Assembly: GCA_943787925.1 (NCBI GenBank)
Contig: CALSOH010000003.1
Span: forward strand, 166,431 to 230,430
Direction: 5' to 3'
Source of the DNA: an uncultured Flavobacteriales bacterium
GTDB lineage: Bacteria > Bacteroidota > Bacteroidia > Flavobacteriales > Schleiferiaceae
Length of the DNA: 64,000 bases
The translations under genes were made by a program, and so were the position numbers. Below, one piece after another: positions 51,390-60,340 of the stretch (within the stretch, counting starts at the first letter, position 1; each line of letters begins with the position of its first letter). The notes beneath the pieces were generated by a model. It was not told where the DNA came from. It saw only the letters and a program-made list of their open reading frames with translations, and made no database searches.

Positions 51390-52904
51390 ATGAAGCGACT
51401 TCCCTTTACCAAATCGGACCTCTGGATTGCCTTGGGTTTTCTCCTGTGCTACCTGGCCATTTTTGATGCCAAATTGGACCTCGGCGGCGACAATGCGGGC
51501 TACTACATTTTGGGACAGTCGCTGCACAGCGGTCAGGGCTACACGGACATTCACCTACCTGGGGCGCCAGCGGCCAAGCATTTCCCTCCAGGCTATCCTG
51601 CGGTTTTGGCGGTTTTCATGACTTTTTCGGACAGTTTTGAATTCCTAAAGTGGATGAATGGACTGCTCTTTTTGGGCGCCCTGCTCATGCTGCAACGCCT
51701 CTTTGTCCGAATGACCCAAAACCCACTCCTCGCATGGACCGCCTTGGGCCTCACCCTATTGAATGCGCATCTTTTGCGTTCGTCCACCATTTTGATGTCC
51801 GAAATCCCCTTCCTCTTCTTCTCCGTCGCCACCCTTTCGTGCCTCGTCAAATGGAAGGATTCCGAAACTCCCTTTTGGAAGTCCCCGTGGTTCTGGGCCA
51901 TGCTCGTGCTGAGTTCCGCCTCCTACCACATTCGAACAGCGGGCCTTGCCCTCATCGCCGGCATCGGCCTCTACCTCCTCTTTGAAAAGAAATGGACCGC
52001 CGCGGTCGGCTACGGGGTGGGCTTTATCGGCCTCGCGCTGCCCTGGTTCTTGCGCGGCAAAGCCCTGGGCGGCAACCCCTACCTCCAGCAGCTCATCCAA
52101 GTCAACCCCTACCGCCCCGAAGAAGGCGTACTCACCGCCAGCGGCTGGCTGGACCGCATCCAAACCAACGGATGGCGCTACCTCACCCAAGAAATCCCCA
52201 ACGGCCTATTTCCCAAGTTGGACGTGGTGTACTCGCTGGACGAACCCACCGGATTCTTCCTCTACGGCAGCCTATTGGTGATTTTGGTCGTCTTTGGCAC
52301 CTTCAAAATGCCCAAACTCCGCATGATGTGGGCCGGCTACCTCGCCGCTTCCGCCGCCATCTTCCTGCTCTGGCCCGAAGTCTGGTTTGGCGTGCGCTTC
52401 ATGCAGCCCCTCATCCCATTCCTGCTCCTGGCCGCCACGGTGGGCGCATGGGAAGCCCTCAAATGGGCGCAAAACCGATTCAAGCTGCCCTCCTGGGTGG
52501 CGTCCCCCTATATGTTGATGGCGGCAGGTTTGATTCAACTTTCGGCCGTCACGAAGCTTCGCGCCGATAGCCAAGACCCCGTGGGTTCCCAATACGCGAA
52601 CTATTTTAATATGGGTCGCTACGCGGGCCAAAACCTACCCGCCGACGCCGTCATTGCCACCTACAAACCGGCCCTCTTTTACCTCTATGCGCAACGCCCC
52701 TGTGTTCGATTCCCATCTCTCGAAGACCACGACGCCTTCATCGCCAAACTCAAGGAGCAAGGCGTGACCCACGTGGTCGTCGACCAACTAGGCTATTCGG
52801 CCATTGGCCGATACGTGGTGCCCGCTATTCAGAAATACCCCGAACGCTTCCCCCTCATTCTGCAGTTGCCGAATCCGGATACGTATTTGCTGCAGTTGAA
52901 ATAG
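51390..52904 (+). CDS. membrane glycosyltransferase (GT39/ArnT-like)
   Basis: About 12 TM segments. N-terminal GGDNAGYYILGQSL ... FPPGYP loop is typical of PMT/ArnT-like enzymes. Start set at MKRLPF. Confidence 0.6.
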   Translation: MKRLPFTKSDLWIALGFLLCYLAIFDAKLDLGGDNAGYYILGQSLHSGQGYTDIHLPGAPAAKHFPPGYPAVLAVFMTFSDSFEFLKWMNGLLFLGALLMLQRLFVRMTQNPLLAWTALGLTLLNAHLLRSSTILMSEIPFLFFSVATLSCLVKWKDSETPFWKSPWFWAMLVLSSASYHIRTAGLALIAGIGLYLLFEKKWTAAVGYGVGFIGLALPWFLRGKALGGNPYLQQLIQVNPYRPEEGVLTASGWLDRIQTNGWRYLTQEIPNGLFPKLDVVYSLDEPTGFFLYGSLLVILVVFGTFKMPKLRMMWAGYLAASAAIFLLWPEVWFGVRFMQPLIPFLLLAATVGAWEALKWAQNRFKLPSWVASPYMLMAAGLIQLSAVTKLRADSQDPVGSQYANYFNMGRYAGQNLPADAVIATYKPALFYLYAQRPCVRFPSLEDHDAFIAKLKEQGVTHVVVDQLGYSAIGRYVVPAIQKYPERFPLILQLPNPDTYLLQLK

Positions 52905-52978
52905 CTAGGTAGCTAGAAAGCACGCGCTTCGCGCTGTAGCTAGAGAGCACGCGCTTCGCGCTGTAGCCTTTTGGCTTA
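52902..52978 (+). repeat. CTAG-rich hairpin repeat array (2 units), starting at the GT39 stop codon
   Basis: TAGCTAGGTAGCTAGAAAGCACGCGCTTCGCGCTGTAGCTAGAGAGCACGCGCTTCGCGCTGTAGCC. Confidence 0.9.
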
Positions 52979-53052
52979 AACGTTTATTCTCTTTTACCCT
53001 AAAAATGTGGTGTGGACCTTCGCCGCGCGCCCGGACTTTCGATTACTTCGCC

Positions 53053-53124
53053 AAGCTCAAGCCCTCAAGCCCTCAAGCCCTCAAGCCCTCAAGCCCTCAA
53101 GCCCTCAAGCCCTCAAGCCCTCAT
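53053..53124 (-). repeat. 8-bp tandem array, about 8-9 copies (GCCCTCAA on plus = GCTTGAGG on minus)
   Basis: Seven perfect GCCCTCAA units (53061-53116) plus degenerate flanking units. Lies just downstream of the M43 protease gene in that gene's sense. Confidence 0.92.
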
Positions 53125-53150
53125 AGCTCTCTAGCGCGTCAAAGGCGCAC

Positions 53151-55217
53151 CTAGCCCTTCACCACCCACCGCAAAGTCTTCACCTCACTGGGGCTGGCTA
53201 CCCAGCGAACGAGGTAGAGCCCTGCGGGTAGAGCGGGGAGTTGGAGTTGGCGTTGGGTGACGGGGTGTGAGAGTACCGTCCGGCCCAACGCATCCAAGAC
53301 GTAGACTTGACCATTCGTGCTGGGGAGGCTGAGGGTGCTGCCCCCGGCGCTCGGGTTGGGCGCCAGGATAAGTTCTTGCGAAGAAAATTCTTCTTCGCTC
53401 ACCGTGGTGCTGAAGGAGACGTCGTCCAAGTACACGTTGTTGCCGCCGCCACTGATGAACTCAAATTTGATCATCACCGAGGAGGCATTGTTCATCCCCG
53501 TGAAGGGAACGGTGGTTTCTTGCCAATCCGCTGCACTCGGGATATAGAGGGAGGAGGGATAGTAGGTGCTCGTGCCCAGTTGGAAGGCGGGGATTAGGCG
53601 CTGAAGCGCCCAGGTTTGGCCGCAGTCCGTGCTCGTGAAGATTTTTAGTTGGTCGTTGTCGGACGAGGTTTTGCGGGCAAAGGCATGCGAGAAACGCAGT
53701 TGCTTGGCGGTCATATTGCTCACGGAGATGGGGCCTGCGATGAGGGCATCGCCCCCCCCGGTGCCGGCCACGTTGAAGTTGTCCAACACGTAGGAGTGGG
53801 TGCCGGACTTGGCGGCAGCACTCGTGCGCACCCATTTGATGTTGTCGCCGTTGTTCTCGACCACCCAATTGCCGTTGGGCAATGCATCTTCCATGGTCGC
53901 CGAAAAGAAGGGGCTGTAGGTGGTTCCTCCTGCGGGCCGAACCGTAATCAGCTCGCTGTACTGCTTCATGCTGTTGCCGGCCGCGTTCTGGATTTCCAGT
54001 TTAACATCATAGACCCCGGGGGCATTGAAGGTGAGCAGGGGGTTCGCAATGATAATGTGTTGCTGGTTGCCGTTGTTTTGGTCCGCGATGGTGTAATGGA
54101 AGCTGGTGAGCGTTTGGTAGGCGGACAAATCCGTGAACTGCACCTGCTCGCCGGTGCAGAGGAGGGTTCGGTCCACCGTGAAATCCGCGACGGGGGCGCA
54201 GGTGACGGGATTGCCATCCACGCCGGTGAAGGCCAAATTGCCCGACGTGCACAAGTTGCCGCGCAAGGTCAAACTATTGAGTACGGATTTGGCACGTGAC
54301 TTTTGGTTCTGCGTGAACGTATTCATGCAGTTGTCGTCGCTGTAGTCCATGTAGTTCTCGACCATGTCGGGAAGGTCCGGGTTATCGTTGCTACAGGTGT
54401 TCTGCGTGCTGTTGTTGCATCCGTTGGACGACGAGGCAACGGGCGGGGTATCGTAGCAGTTATCGCCTTGGCTGCAACCGCCCTGGAAGGTGTGGTAGAG
54501 GTTGAGGTAGTGCCCGACTTCGTGGGTGAGCGTTCGGTGTCGGGTGCCCGCTGACGTGCCAATGCTGCCCAAGTTGTCGTGCCGAATCACAATCCCATCC
54601 TGGGTGAGCGGGATGCCATTGTAGGGGAAGGCCGAATAGCCCAAAGTGATGGATCCCGGGCTTGTCCCTGACAGGTTAATCTGCCGAACGACCCAAATGT
54701 TTAAGTACTTCGTGTTGTCCCAACCAATGAGGGATTTTACGTTGTTATTGGCGGCCAGACTCAAATTGGTCTGCGTCCGGGTCACCCCATTGGTGCATCG
54801 GCCATTGGGGTCTTTTTTAGCGATCCGAAACTCCACTTCCATATCCGCCGCCACAGGTTTAAAAACGGCACGCAATAAACCCGTGTCGGGATTCATGCGG
54901 CGCATATCCTCGTTGAGGATGTCGATGGCGTCTTGCAATTGGGCCTCCGAGATATTGTCGCTCTGATCGTACCACATGACATGAAAAACGACCGGGATGA
55001 TGTGCACGACCGATTCCGCGCCGGAAGCGTCCTGGGTCATTTGCGCTTCCATGATGGCCTCCGTCTCGGCCAAAAGGGCGGCGCGTCGCGGATTATTTTG
55101 CATCTCCCACGCAAGCTGTTCATCCGCGCCACAACGCTGTATGGTTTGGGCGTGAAGCCCTGAAAAACCTAGTATGAAAGCGGAAAGAACAGGGAAGATG
55201 ACAGGAAAACGAAGCAT
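53151..55217 (-). CDS. M43 (pappalysin/cytophagalysin-like) zinc metalloprotease with PKD domain and T9SS sorting domain
   Basis: Signal peptide, HEVGHYLNLYHTF zinc site, PKD-like module, C-terminal LYLVRWVASPSEVKTLRWVVKG. Confidence 0.85.
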   Translation of the reverse strand: MLRFPVIFPVLSAFILGFSGLHAQTIQRCGADEQLAWEMQNNPRRAALLAETEAIMEAQMTQDASGAESVVHIIPVVFHVMWYDQSDNISEAQLQDAIDILNEDMRRMNPDTGLLRAVFKPVAADMEVEFRIAKKDPNGRCTNGVTRTQTNLSLAANNNVKSLIGWDNTKYLNIWVVRQINLSGTSPGSITLGYSAFPYNGIPLTQDGIVIRHDNLGSIGTSAGTRHRTLTHEVGHYLNLYHTFQGGCSQGDNCYDTPPVASSSNGCNNSTQNTCSNDNPDLPDMVENYMDYSDDNCMNTFTQNQKSRAKSVLNSLTLRGNLCTSGNLAFTGVDGNPVTCAPVADFTVDRTLLCTGEQVQFTDLSAYQTLTSFHYTIADQNNGNQQHIIIANPLLTFNAPGVYDVKLEIQNAAGNSMKQYSELITVRPAGGTTYSPFFSATMEDALPNGNWVVENNGDNIKWVRTSAAAKSGTHSYVLDNFNVAGTGGGDALIAGPISVSNMTAKQLRFSHAFARKTSSDNDQLKIFTSTDCGQTWALQRLIPAFQLGTSTYYPSSLYIPSAADWQETTVPFTGMNNASSVMIKFEFISGGGNNVYLDDVSFSTTVSEEEFSSQELILAPNPSAGGSTLSLPSTNGQVYVLDALGRTVLSHPVTQRQLQLPALPAGLYLVRWVASPSEVKTLRWVVKG

Positions 55218-55333
55218 GATTCAAGCGTATTTTTGCGAGCCCCTAAGGTACTTTGCATTTAGAGGTCCTTGAACCTTTGGGTATTTGCAATTAATGTGCG
55301 TATCTTCGCAGCCCCAAAAAATATTGCTGAAAA

Positions 55334-55777
55334 GTGGATACGCTTAGCTACAAAACAATCTCTGCCAACAAGGCAACCGCCCAGAAGACCTGGGTCGTTG
55401 TAGACGTCAATGGTCAATCATTGGGTCGCGTGGCCTCTCTCATTGCTAGCCGTTTGCGCGGCAAGCACAAGCCCAATTTCACTCCCCACGCAGATTGTGG
55501 TGATAATGTTATTGTTATTAACGCTTCGGCTGTCACGCTTTCAGGTACCAAAATGGATACTAAGCAGTACATCCGTTACACGGGCTATCCCGGTGGTCAG
55601 CGCTTCAGCACACCTGCCTTGGAAATGGCCAAGAACCCTGAGCGCGTTTTGGAAACAGCCGTACGCGGCATGTTGCCCAAGAATCGCCTGGGTCGTGACT
55701 TGTTCCGCAACATGTATGTATATGGTGGTGCCGAGCATCCCCATGAAGCTCAACAGCCTGTCTCCATCAACGCTTAA
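55334..55777 (+). CDS. rplM: 50S ribosomal protein L13
   Basis: (GTG) MDTLSYKTISANKATAQKTWVVVD, 147 aa. Confidence 0.95.
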   Translation: MDTLSYKTISANKATAQKTWVVVDVNGQSLGRVASLIASRLRGKHKPNFTPHADCGDNVIVINASAVTLSGTKMDTKQYIRYTGYPGGQRFSTPALEMAKNPERVLETAVRGMLPKNRLGRDLFRNMYVYGGAEHPHEAQQPVSINA

Positions 55778-55789
55778 GATCGGTAATCT

Positions 55790-56182
55790 ATGTCTACCTC
55801 TTCTACTCACGCCATTGGCCGTCGTAAAACCTCTGTCGCACGCGTTTACATCAAAGAAGGATCCGGAACCGTTTCCGTGAACAAGCGTGAACTCAGCAAT
55901 TATTTCTCGACAGCTCAGCTGCAGTACAAAGTAAACCAGCCCTTCTCCATCACGGAGACTCTGGGCAAGTATGATGTGAAAGTCAATGTAGAGGGCGGTG
56001 GCATCACCGGCCAAGCCGAAGCGATTCGCTTGGGTATCTCTCGTGCGTTGGTTTCTATCAACCCTGACTTCCGCGCTTTATTGAAGCCTGATGGCTTGAT
56101 GACCCGTGACCCACGCATGGTCGAGCGTAAGAAGTTTGGTCAAAAGAAAGCGCGCAAGCGTTTCCAGTTCTCCAAGCGTTAA
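55790..56182 (+). CDS. rpsI: 30S ribosomal protein S9
   Basis: [11 protein letters not shown] ... [17 protein letters not shown], 130 aa. Confidence 0.95.
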   Translation: MSTSSTHAIGRRKTSVARVYIKEGSGTVSVNKRELSNYFSTAQLQYKVNQPFSITETLGKYDVKVNVEGGGITGQAEAIRLGISRALVSINPDFRALLKPDGLMTRDPRMVERKKFGQKKARKRFQFSKR

Positions 56183-56275
56183 TCGCAGGAGTATTTGGTT
56201 TAGTATCCAAACTGGACAGATCGCTTGGCGCTACTGTTTGGTTGACTTAAGTGAACGTAAACCCCAATCTCAACT

Positions 56276-57028
56276 ATGGCTCAAACGCCTGACATTCAAC
56301 AACTCCTCGACGCCGGTGTCCACTTCGGTCACTTGACGCGTAAGTGGAACCCCAACATGGCTCCGTACATCTACATGGAGCGCAATGGTATCCACATCAT
56401 TGACCTGCAAAAGACGCAGCGCAAACTTCAAACGGCGACCGATGCTATGGCGAAGATTGCCGGTTCTGGCCGCAAGATTCTTTTCGTTTCTACCAAGAAG
56501 CAAGGAAAAGAAGTTGTCGCTGAAACGGCTAAGGCTTTGAATATGCCCTACATCGTGGAGCGCTGGCCCGGTGGTATGTTGACGAACTTCGTCACCATCC
56601 GCAAAGCCATCAAGAAAATGACCAACATCGACAAGATGAAGGAGGACGGCACATTTAATACGCTGTCCAAGCGTGAGCGCCTACAGGTGGATCGCGTTCG
56701 TGCCAAGCTCGAAAAGAACTTGGGTTCCATCTCCGACATGAGCCGCCTTCCGGCTGCCTTGTTTGTCGTGGACATCATGCGTGAGCACATCGCGGTAGAA
56801 GAAGCCCGCACCTTGGGCATCCCTGTCTTTGCGATGGTCGACACCAACTCCAATCCGAACTTGGTAGACTACGTGATTCCTGCGAATGACGATGCCTCCA
56901 AGTCGATTACGGTTATTATGAACTCTGTATCCGAAGGTATCAAGGAAGCCTTGAGCCAGCGCAAAGCGGAAAAAGAAAAAGCCGGCAACGAGAAGCTAGA
57001 GAAAGCTGCTGCGAAAGTTGCCGAATAA
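56276..57028 (+). CDS. rpsB: 30S ribosomal protein S2
   Basis: LLDAGVHFGHLTRKWNP ... RWPGGMLTNF, 250 aa. Confidence 0.95.
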   Translation: MAQTPDIQQLLDAGVHFGHLTRKWNPNMAPYIYMERNGIHIIDLQKTQRKLQTATDAMAKIAGSGRKILFVSTKKQGKEVVAETAKALNMPYIVERWPGGMLTNFVTIRKAIKKMTNIDKMKEDGTFNTLSKRERLQVDRVRAKLEKNLGSISDMSRLPAALFVVDIMREHIAVEEARTLGIPVFAMVDTNSNPNLVDYVIPANDDASKSITVIMNSVSEGIKEALSQRKAEKEKAGNEKLEKAAAKVAE

Positions 57029-57035
57029 CAAAAAC

Positions 57036-57058
57036 ACCGGGGCAACAGCCCCGGTTTT
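57036..57058 (+). terminator. hairpin/terminator (possibly an attenuator) between rpsB and tsf
   Basis: ACCGGGG-CAACAG-CCCCGGT followed by TTTT. Confidence 0.6.
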
Positions 57059-57088
57059 ACTTACAAACCGACTAAAATTTTTACAATC

Positions 57089-57913
57089 ATGGCAATTACT
57101 GCTGCAGATGTAAACAAACTTCGTCAAATGACCGGAGCAGGCATGATGGACTGCAAGAAGGCCTTGACGGAAGCCAATGGAGATTTCGAAGCGGCGATCG
57201 ACGTATTGCGCAAGCAAGGTCAGAAGGTCGCAGCCAAACGTGCGGATCGTGACGCTACGGAAGGTGCGGTGATCGCGTTGACGAACGCGGACCAAACGCG
57301 CGGTGTCGTCATCAGCTTGAACTGTGAGACCGACTTTGTCGCCAAGAACGAAGGATACGTGGCCATGGCTACGAAAATGGCTGAAGTGGCCCTGGCGGGC
57401 TTCCCTGCTAACAAAGAGGCCCTATTGGCCTTGGAGTACGAAGGTGGGTTGACCATTTCCGATAAATTGACCGAGCAAACGGGAGTGATCGGTGAGAAAA
57501 TTGAGATTTCCTACTACGAGTCCATCGAAGGCGCTTGTGTTGCTTCGTACATCCATGCTGGAAACAAATTGGGCACGTTGGTCGCTTTGTCGGCCTCAGC
57601 TCCTGAAGCCGGGAAGGATGTCGCGATGCAAGTAGCCGCCATGAACCCTGTCGCCTTGAACAAGGATGAGGTTCCCGCCGCAGCCATCGAGCGCGAATTG
57701 GAAATCGCCCGCGACCAAATCCGTCAAGAGGGCAAGCCCGAAGAGATGGTGGATCGCATTGCCCAAGGCAAATTGGGCAAGTTCTTCAAGGAGAATACCT
57801 TGGTGGAGCAAGACTTTATCAAGGACAGCAAGCAATCTGTCGCCAATTACTTGAACGGTGTTCAAGCGGGCCTCGTGGTCACCGGCTTCCGCCGTGTGGG
57901 CCTCGGTGTCTAA
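57089..57913 (+). CDS. tsf: translation elongation factor Ts
   Basis: MAITAADVNKLRQMTGAGMMDCKKAL, 274 aa. Confidence 0.95.
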   Translation: MAITAADVNKLRQMTGAGMMDCKKALTEANGDFEAAIDVLRKQGQKVAAKRADRDATEGAVIALTNADQTRGVVISLNCETDFVAKNEGYVAMATKMAEVALAGFPANKEALLALEYEGGLTISDKLTEQTGVIGEKIEISYYESIEGACVASYIHAGNKLGTLVALSASAPEAGKDVAMQVAAMNPVALNKDEVPAAAIERELEIARDQIRQEGKPEEMVDRIAQGKLGKFFKENTLVEQDFIKDSKQSVANYLNGVQAGLVVTGFRRVGLGV

Positions 57914-57937
57914 GACAATCTTTTGTACACAGGACTG

Positions 57938-57978
57938 GCGCCGTGCCGAGGGCAACCTCCGCACGGCGCTTCTTTTTT
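57938..57978 (+). terminator. rho-independent terminator after tsf
   Basis: Perfect 9-bp stem GCGCCGTGC/GCACGGCGC followed by TTCTTTTTT. Confidence 0.8.
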
Positions 57979-57993
57979 GTCGTGAATTCTGAC

Positions 57994-58024
57994 TTGAGCC
58001 CTCGGGCCGAGCGCACTATCTTTG
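57994..58024 (+). promoter_or_regulatory. candidate promoter for pyrH (TTG-N20-TATCTTTG)
   Basis: TATCTTTG at 58017-58024, 17 nt upstream of the ATG. TTG at 57994-57996 lies at -33 spacing. Confidence 0.45.
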
Positions 58025-58041
58025 AATGAATCAAGCAACCC

Positions 58042-58752
58042 ATGAAGTACAAACGCATCTTACTAAAACTCAGCGGGGAAGCCCTGATGGGGGATAAATC
58101 ATTCGGTCTGGACCCCAAGCGATTGGCGGATTATGCGGCCGAAATCAAAGCCGTAGTCGCCCACGGGGTGGAGTTGGGCATTGTGATTGGCGGAGGAAAC
58201 ATCTTCCGCGGCCTACAGGGAGCGGGCGACGGCGTCGATCGCGTTCAAGCAGACCACATGGGCATGCTTGCCACGGTCATCAACGGCCTGGCGCTGCAGT
58301 CCGCCCTAGAATCTATCGGGGTACAGACGCGTTTGCAGTCCGCCATCGAAATGGACAAAGTCTGTGAACCATTCGTTCGCCGCCGAGCCGTGCGACACCT
58401 GGAAAAGGGCCGTGTGGTCATCTTTGCTGCGGGCACGGGAAACCCCTACTTCACAACGGATACAGGGGCCACCTTGCGGGCGATTGAAATACAGGCCGAC
58501 GTCATCTTGAAGGGGACACGTGTCGATGGCATTTATACGTCCGATCCCGAGAAAGATGCGACGGCCACCAAATATGAAACGATTTCCTTCAAAGAAGTAT
58601 TTGATAAAGGTTTAAATGTGATGGATCTGACGGCCTTCACCTTGAGCAATGAAAACAAACTACCGATCATCGTTTTTGACATGAATAAGCCCGGCAACCT
58701 GTTGAAATTGGTGCAAGGCGAAAGTGTCGGAACCCTGGTCACTCAATCTTAA
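58042..58752 (+). CDS. pyrH: UMP kinase
   Basis: [14 protein letters not shown] ... GGGNIFRG ... TGNPYFTTD. Confidence 0.95.
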   Translation: MKYKRILLKLSGEALMGDKSFGLDPKRLADYAAEIKAVVAHGVELGIVIGGGNIFRGLQGAGDGVDRVQADHMGMLATVINGLALQSALESIGVQTRLQSAIEMDKVCEPFVRRRAVRHLEKGRVVIFAAGTGNPYFTTDTGATLRAIEIQADVILKGTRVDGIYTSDPEKDATATKYETISFKEVFDKGLNVMDLTAFTLSNENKLPIIVFDMNKPGNLLKLVQGESVGTLVTQS

Positions 58753-58773
58753 TCGACGTCGCCCCCGATTCCC

Positions 58774-59337
58774 ATGGAAGAAGAAATTGAATTCCTCATC
58801 GACAGTATCAAAGAAGACATGGATAAGCCCTTGTCGCACTTGGATAAGGCCTTGCTCAAGCTTCGGGCCGGCCGGGCAAATCCCAGTATGCTCGATGGCA
58901 TCGCGGTAGAATATTACGGATCCATGGTCAAGTTGACCCAAGTGGCCAATATCAACACGCCGGATGCCCGCACCTTGTTCGTACAGCCCTTTGAAAAGAC
59001 GATGATTTCCACCATTGAAAAGGCCATTCTGAACGGAAATTTGGGCTTTAACCCCCAAAACAACGGGGAGATGGTCATCATCAACATTCCGCCCTTGACC
59101 GAAGACCGTCGCCGCGAATTGGTGCGCATGGCCAAGGCCGAAGGGGAAGACGCCAAAGTGGGTATCCGAGCGATCCGCAAGACGGGGATGGACGAGGCCA
59201 AACGTATGGAAAAAGATGGCCTCAGCGAAGATGGCCGCAAATCCTTGGAGGACGACATCCAAAAAATTGTCGATCAGTACATTGCTTCCGTGGATGCCAA
59301 AGTGGCAACCAAAGAAGAAGAAATCATGAAGGTATAA
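58774..59337 (+). CDS. frr: ribosome recycling factor
   Basis: LRAGRANPSMLD ... PPLTEDRRRELVR, 187 aa. Confidence 0.95.
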   Translation: MEEEIEFLIDSIKEDMDKPLSHLDKALLKLRAGRANPSMLDGIAVEYYGSMVKLTQVANINTPDARTLFVQPFEKTMISTIEKAILNGNLGFNPQNNGEMVIINIPPLTEDRRRELVRMAKAEGEDAKVGIRAIRKTGMDEAKRMEKDGLSEDGRKSLEDDIQKIVDQYIASVDAKVATKEEEIMKV

Positions 59338-59343
59338 ACCCCC

Positions 59344-59799
59344 ATGAAGAGCCTGCAGGAGGAAATCCAGCAACGCAAATGGCAGAACGACCAGCAGCTC
59401 GCATTGGTGAATGTTCTTTTCACCTACCATTGGCTCAAGGACCGCATGTCCGATGCCCTAAAGCCGTATAAAATCACGATGCAGCAGTACAATGTGCTGC
59501 GCATTCTCCGCGGGTCGCACCCGAAAGGGATGGCGGCGGCCCGGATACGTGAAGGCCTATTGGACAAAACCAGCGATGTTTCGCGCCTGTTGGACCGCCT
59601 TGAAAAGTTAAATTTCGTGGAGCGCCAGAACTCCCCGGAAGACAAACGGGTCACCGAAATATTTTTGACACTTCGGGGCTTGGAAATTTTGGGCCAAATC
59701 CGCTCAGTGGATAAACTCCACAAAGAGCATCTCCCCAAAGTCCTTTCGGACGAGGATGCTCAGTTACTCAGCGCCTTGCTGGATAAGATGCGGGGCTGA
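59344..59799 (+). CDS. MarR-family transcriptional regulator
   Basis: Winged-HTH pattern (ITMQQYNVLRIL ... DVSRLLDRLEKLNFVERQNSPEDKRV). Confidence 0.85.
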   Translation: MKSLQEEIQQRKWQNDQQLALVNVLFTYHWLKDRMSDALKPYKITMQQYNVLRILRGSHPKGMAAARIREGLLDKTSDVSRLLDRLEKLNFVERQNSPEDKRVTEIFLTLRGLEILGQIRSVDKLHKEHLPKVLSDEDAQLLSALLDKMRG

Positions 59800-59814
59800 G
59801 GTCGCTTTGCTCCC

Positions 59815-59859
59815 GCTAGAGGGCTGGAGGGCTCGCGCTTCGCGCTGTAGCTAGAGGGT
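59815..59859 (+). repeat. single CTAG-rich hairpin repeat unit downstream of the MarR gene
   Basis: GCTAGAGGGCTGGAGGGCTCGCGCTTCGCGCTGTAGCTAGAGGGT. Confidence 0.85.
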
Positions 59860-59864
59860 CCCGA

Positions 59865-60266
59865 TTACTTGCAGGTGGCCGTATCGTGCCCTTCCTTCCA
59901 GAGATACCCGGTGTATGGTCCTTGGAATTGGTCAGAGGTCCAGGCCATGACGTTGCAATCGCAGGAGAATTCCACGTACTGCTTGGAAATGTTTCCAAAA
60001 TTTAAATCGATCACGATGCTATCCCCGTCCATGTACCACGTGTGGGGATTTGGAATGGCATCCGCCATGCTGCCGAAAGCCCCATTCGAAGAATAGATGG
60101 TATACACGAGACTATCGGCTGTAAACTCATACAGCGTAGTGGGCATAAGGACCCATCGGCCTGTCACCGTGCATTCCACGGGAGGGTCCTTTTTTTCGCA
60201 GGAAGTGAAGGCGATGGCCATCAAAAGGGCCAAACCTGAAAGGAGAAGGAGAGGGTGCTTTGTCAC
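59865..60266 (-). CDS. lipoprotein (hypothetical)
   Basis: Lipobox AFTSC after a signal sequence. 133 aa. Confidence 0.5.
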   Translation of the reverse strand: MTKHPLLLLSGLALLMAIAFTSCEKKDPPVECTVTGRWVLMPTTLYEFTADSLVYTIYSSNGAFGSMADAIPNPHTWYMDGDSIVIDLNFGNISKQYVEFSCDCNVMAWTSDQFQGPYTGYLWKEGHDTATCK

Positions 60267-60340
60267 TTTATCGGGAAGCTGTTACGTTCTGCCGATAAAA
60301 GTAGATCATTCCCTATTCCATTGTACAGGATGTAATCTCT

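Noticed and set aside
58660-59430. 256-aa minus-strand ORF
   Set aside because: Antisense to frr and the end of pyrH. No family resemblance.
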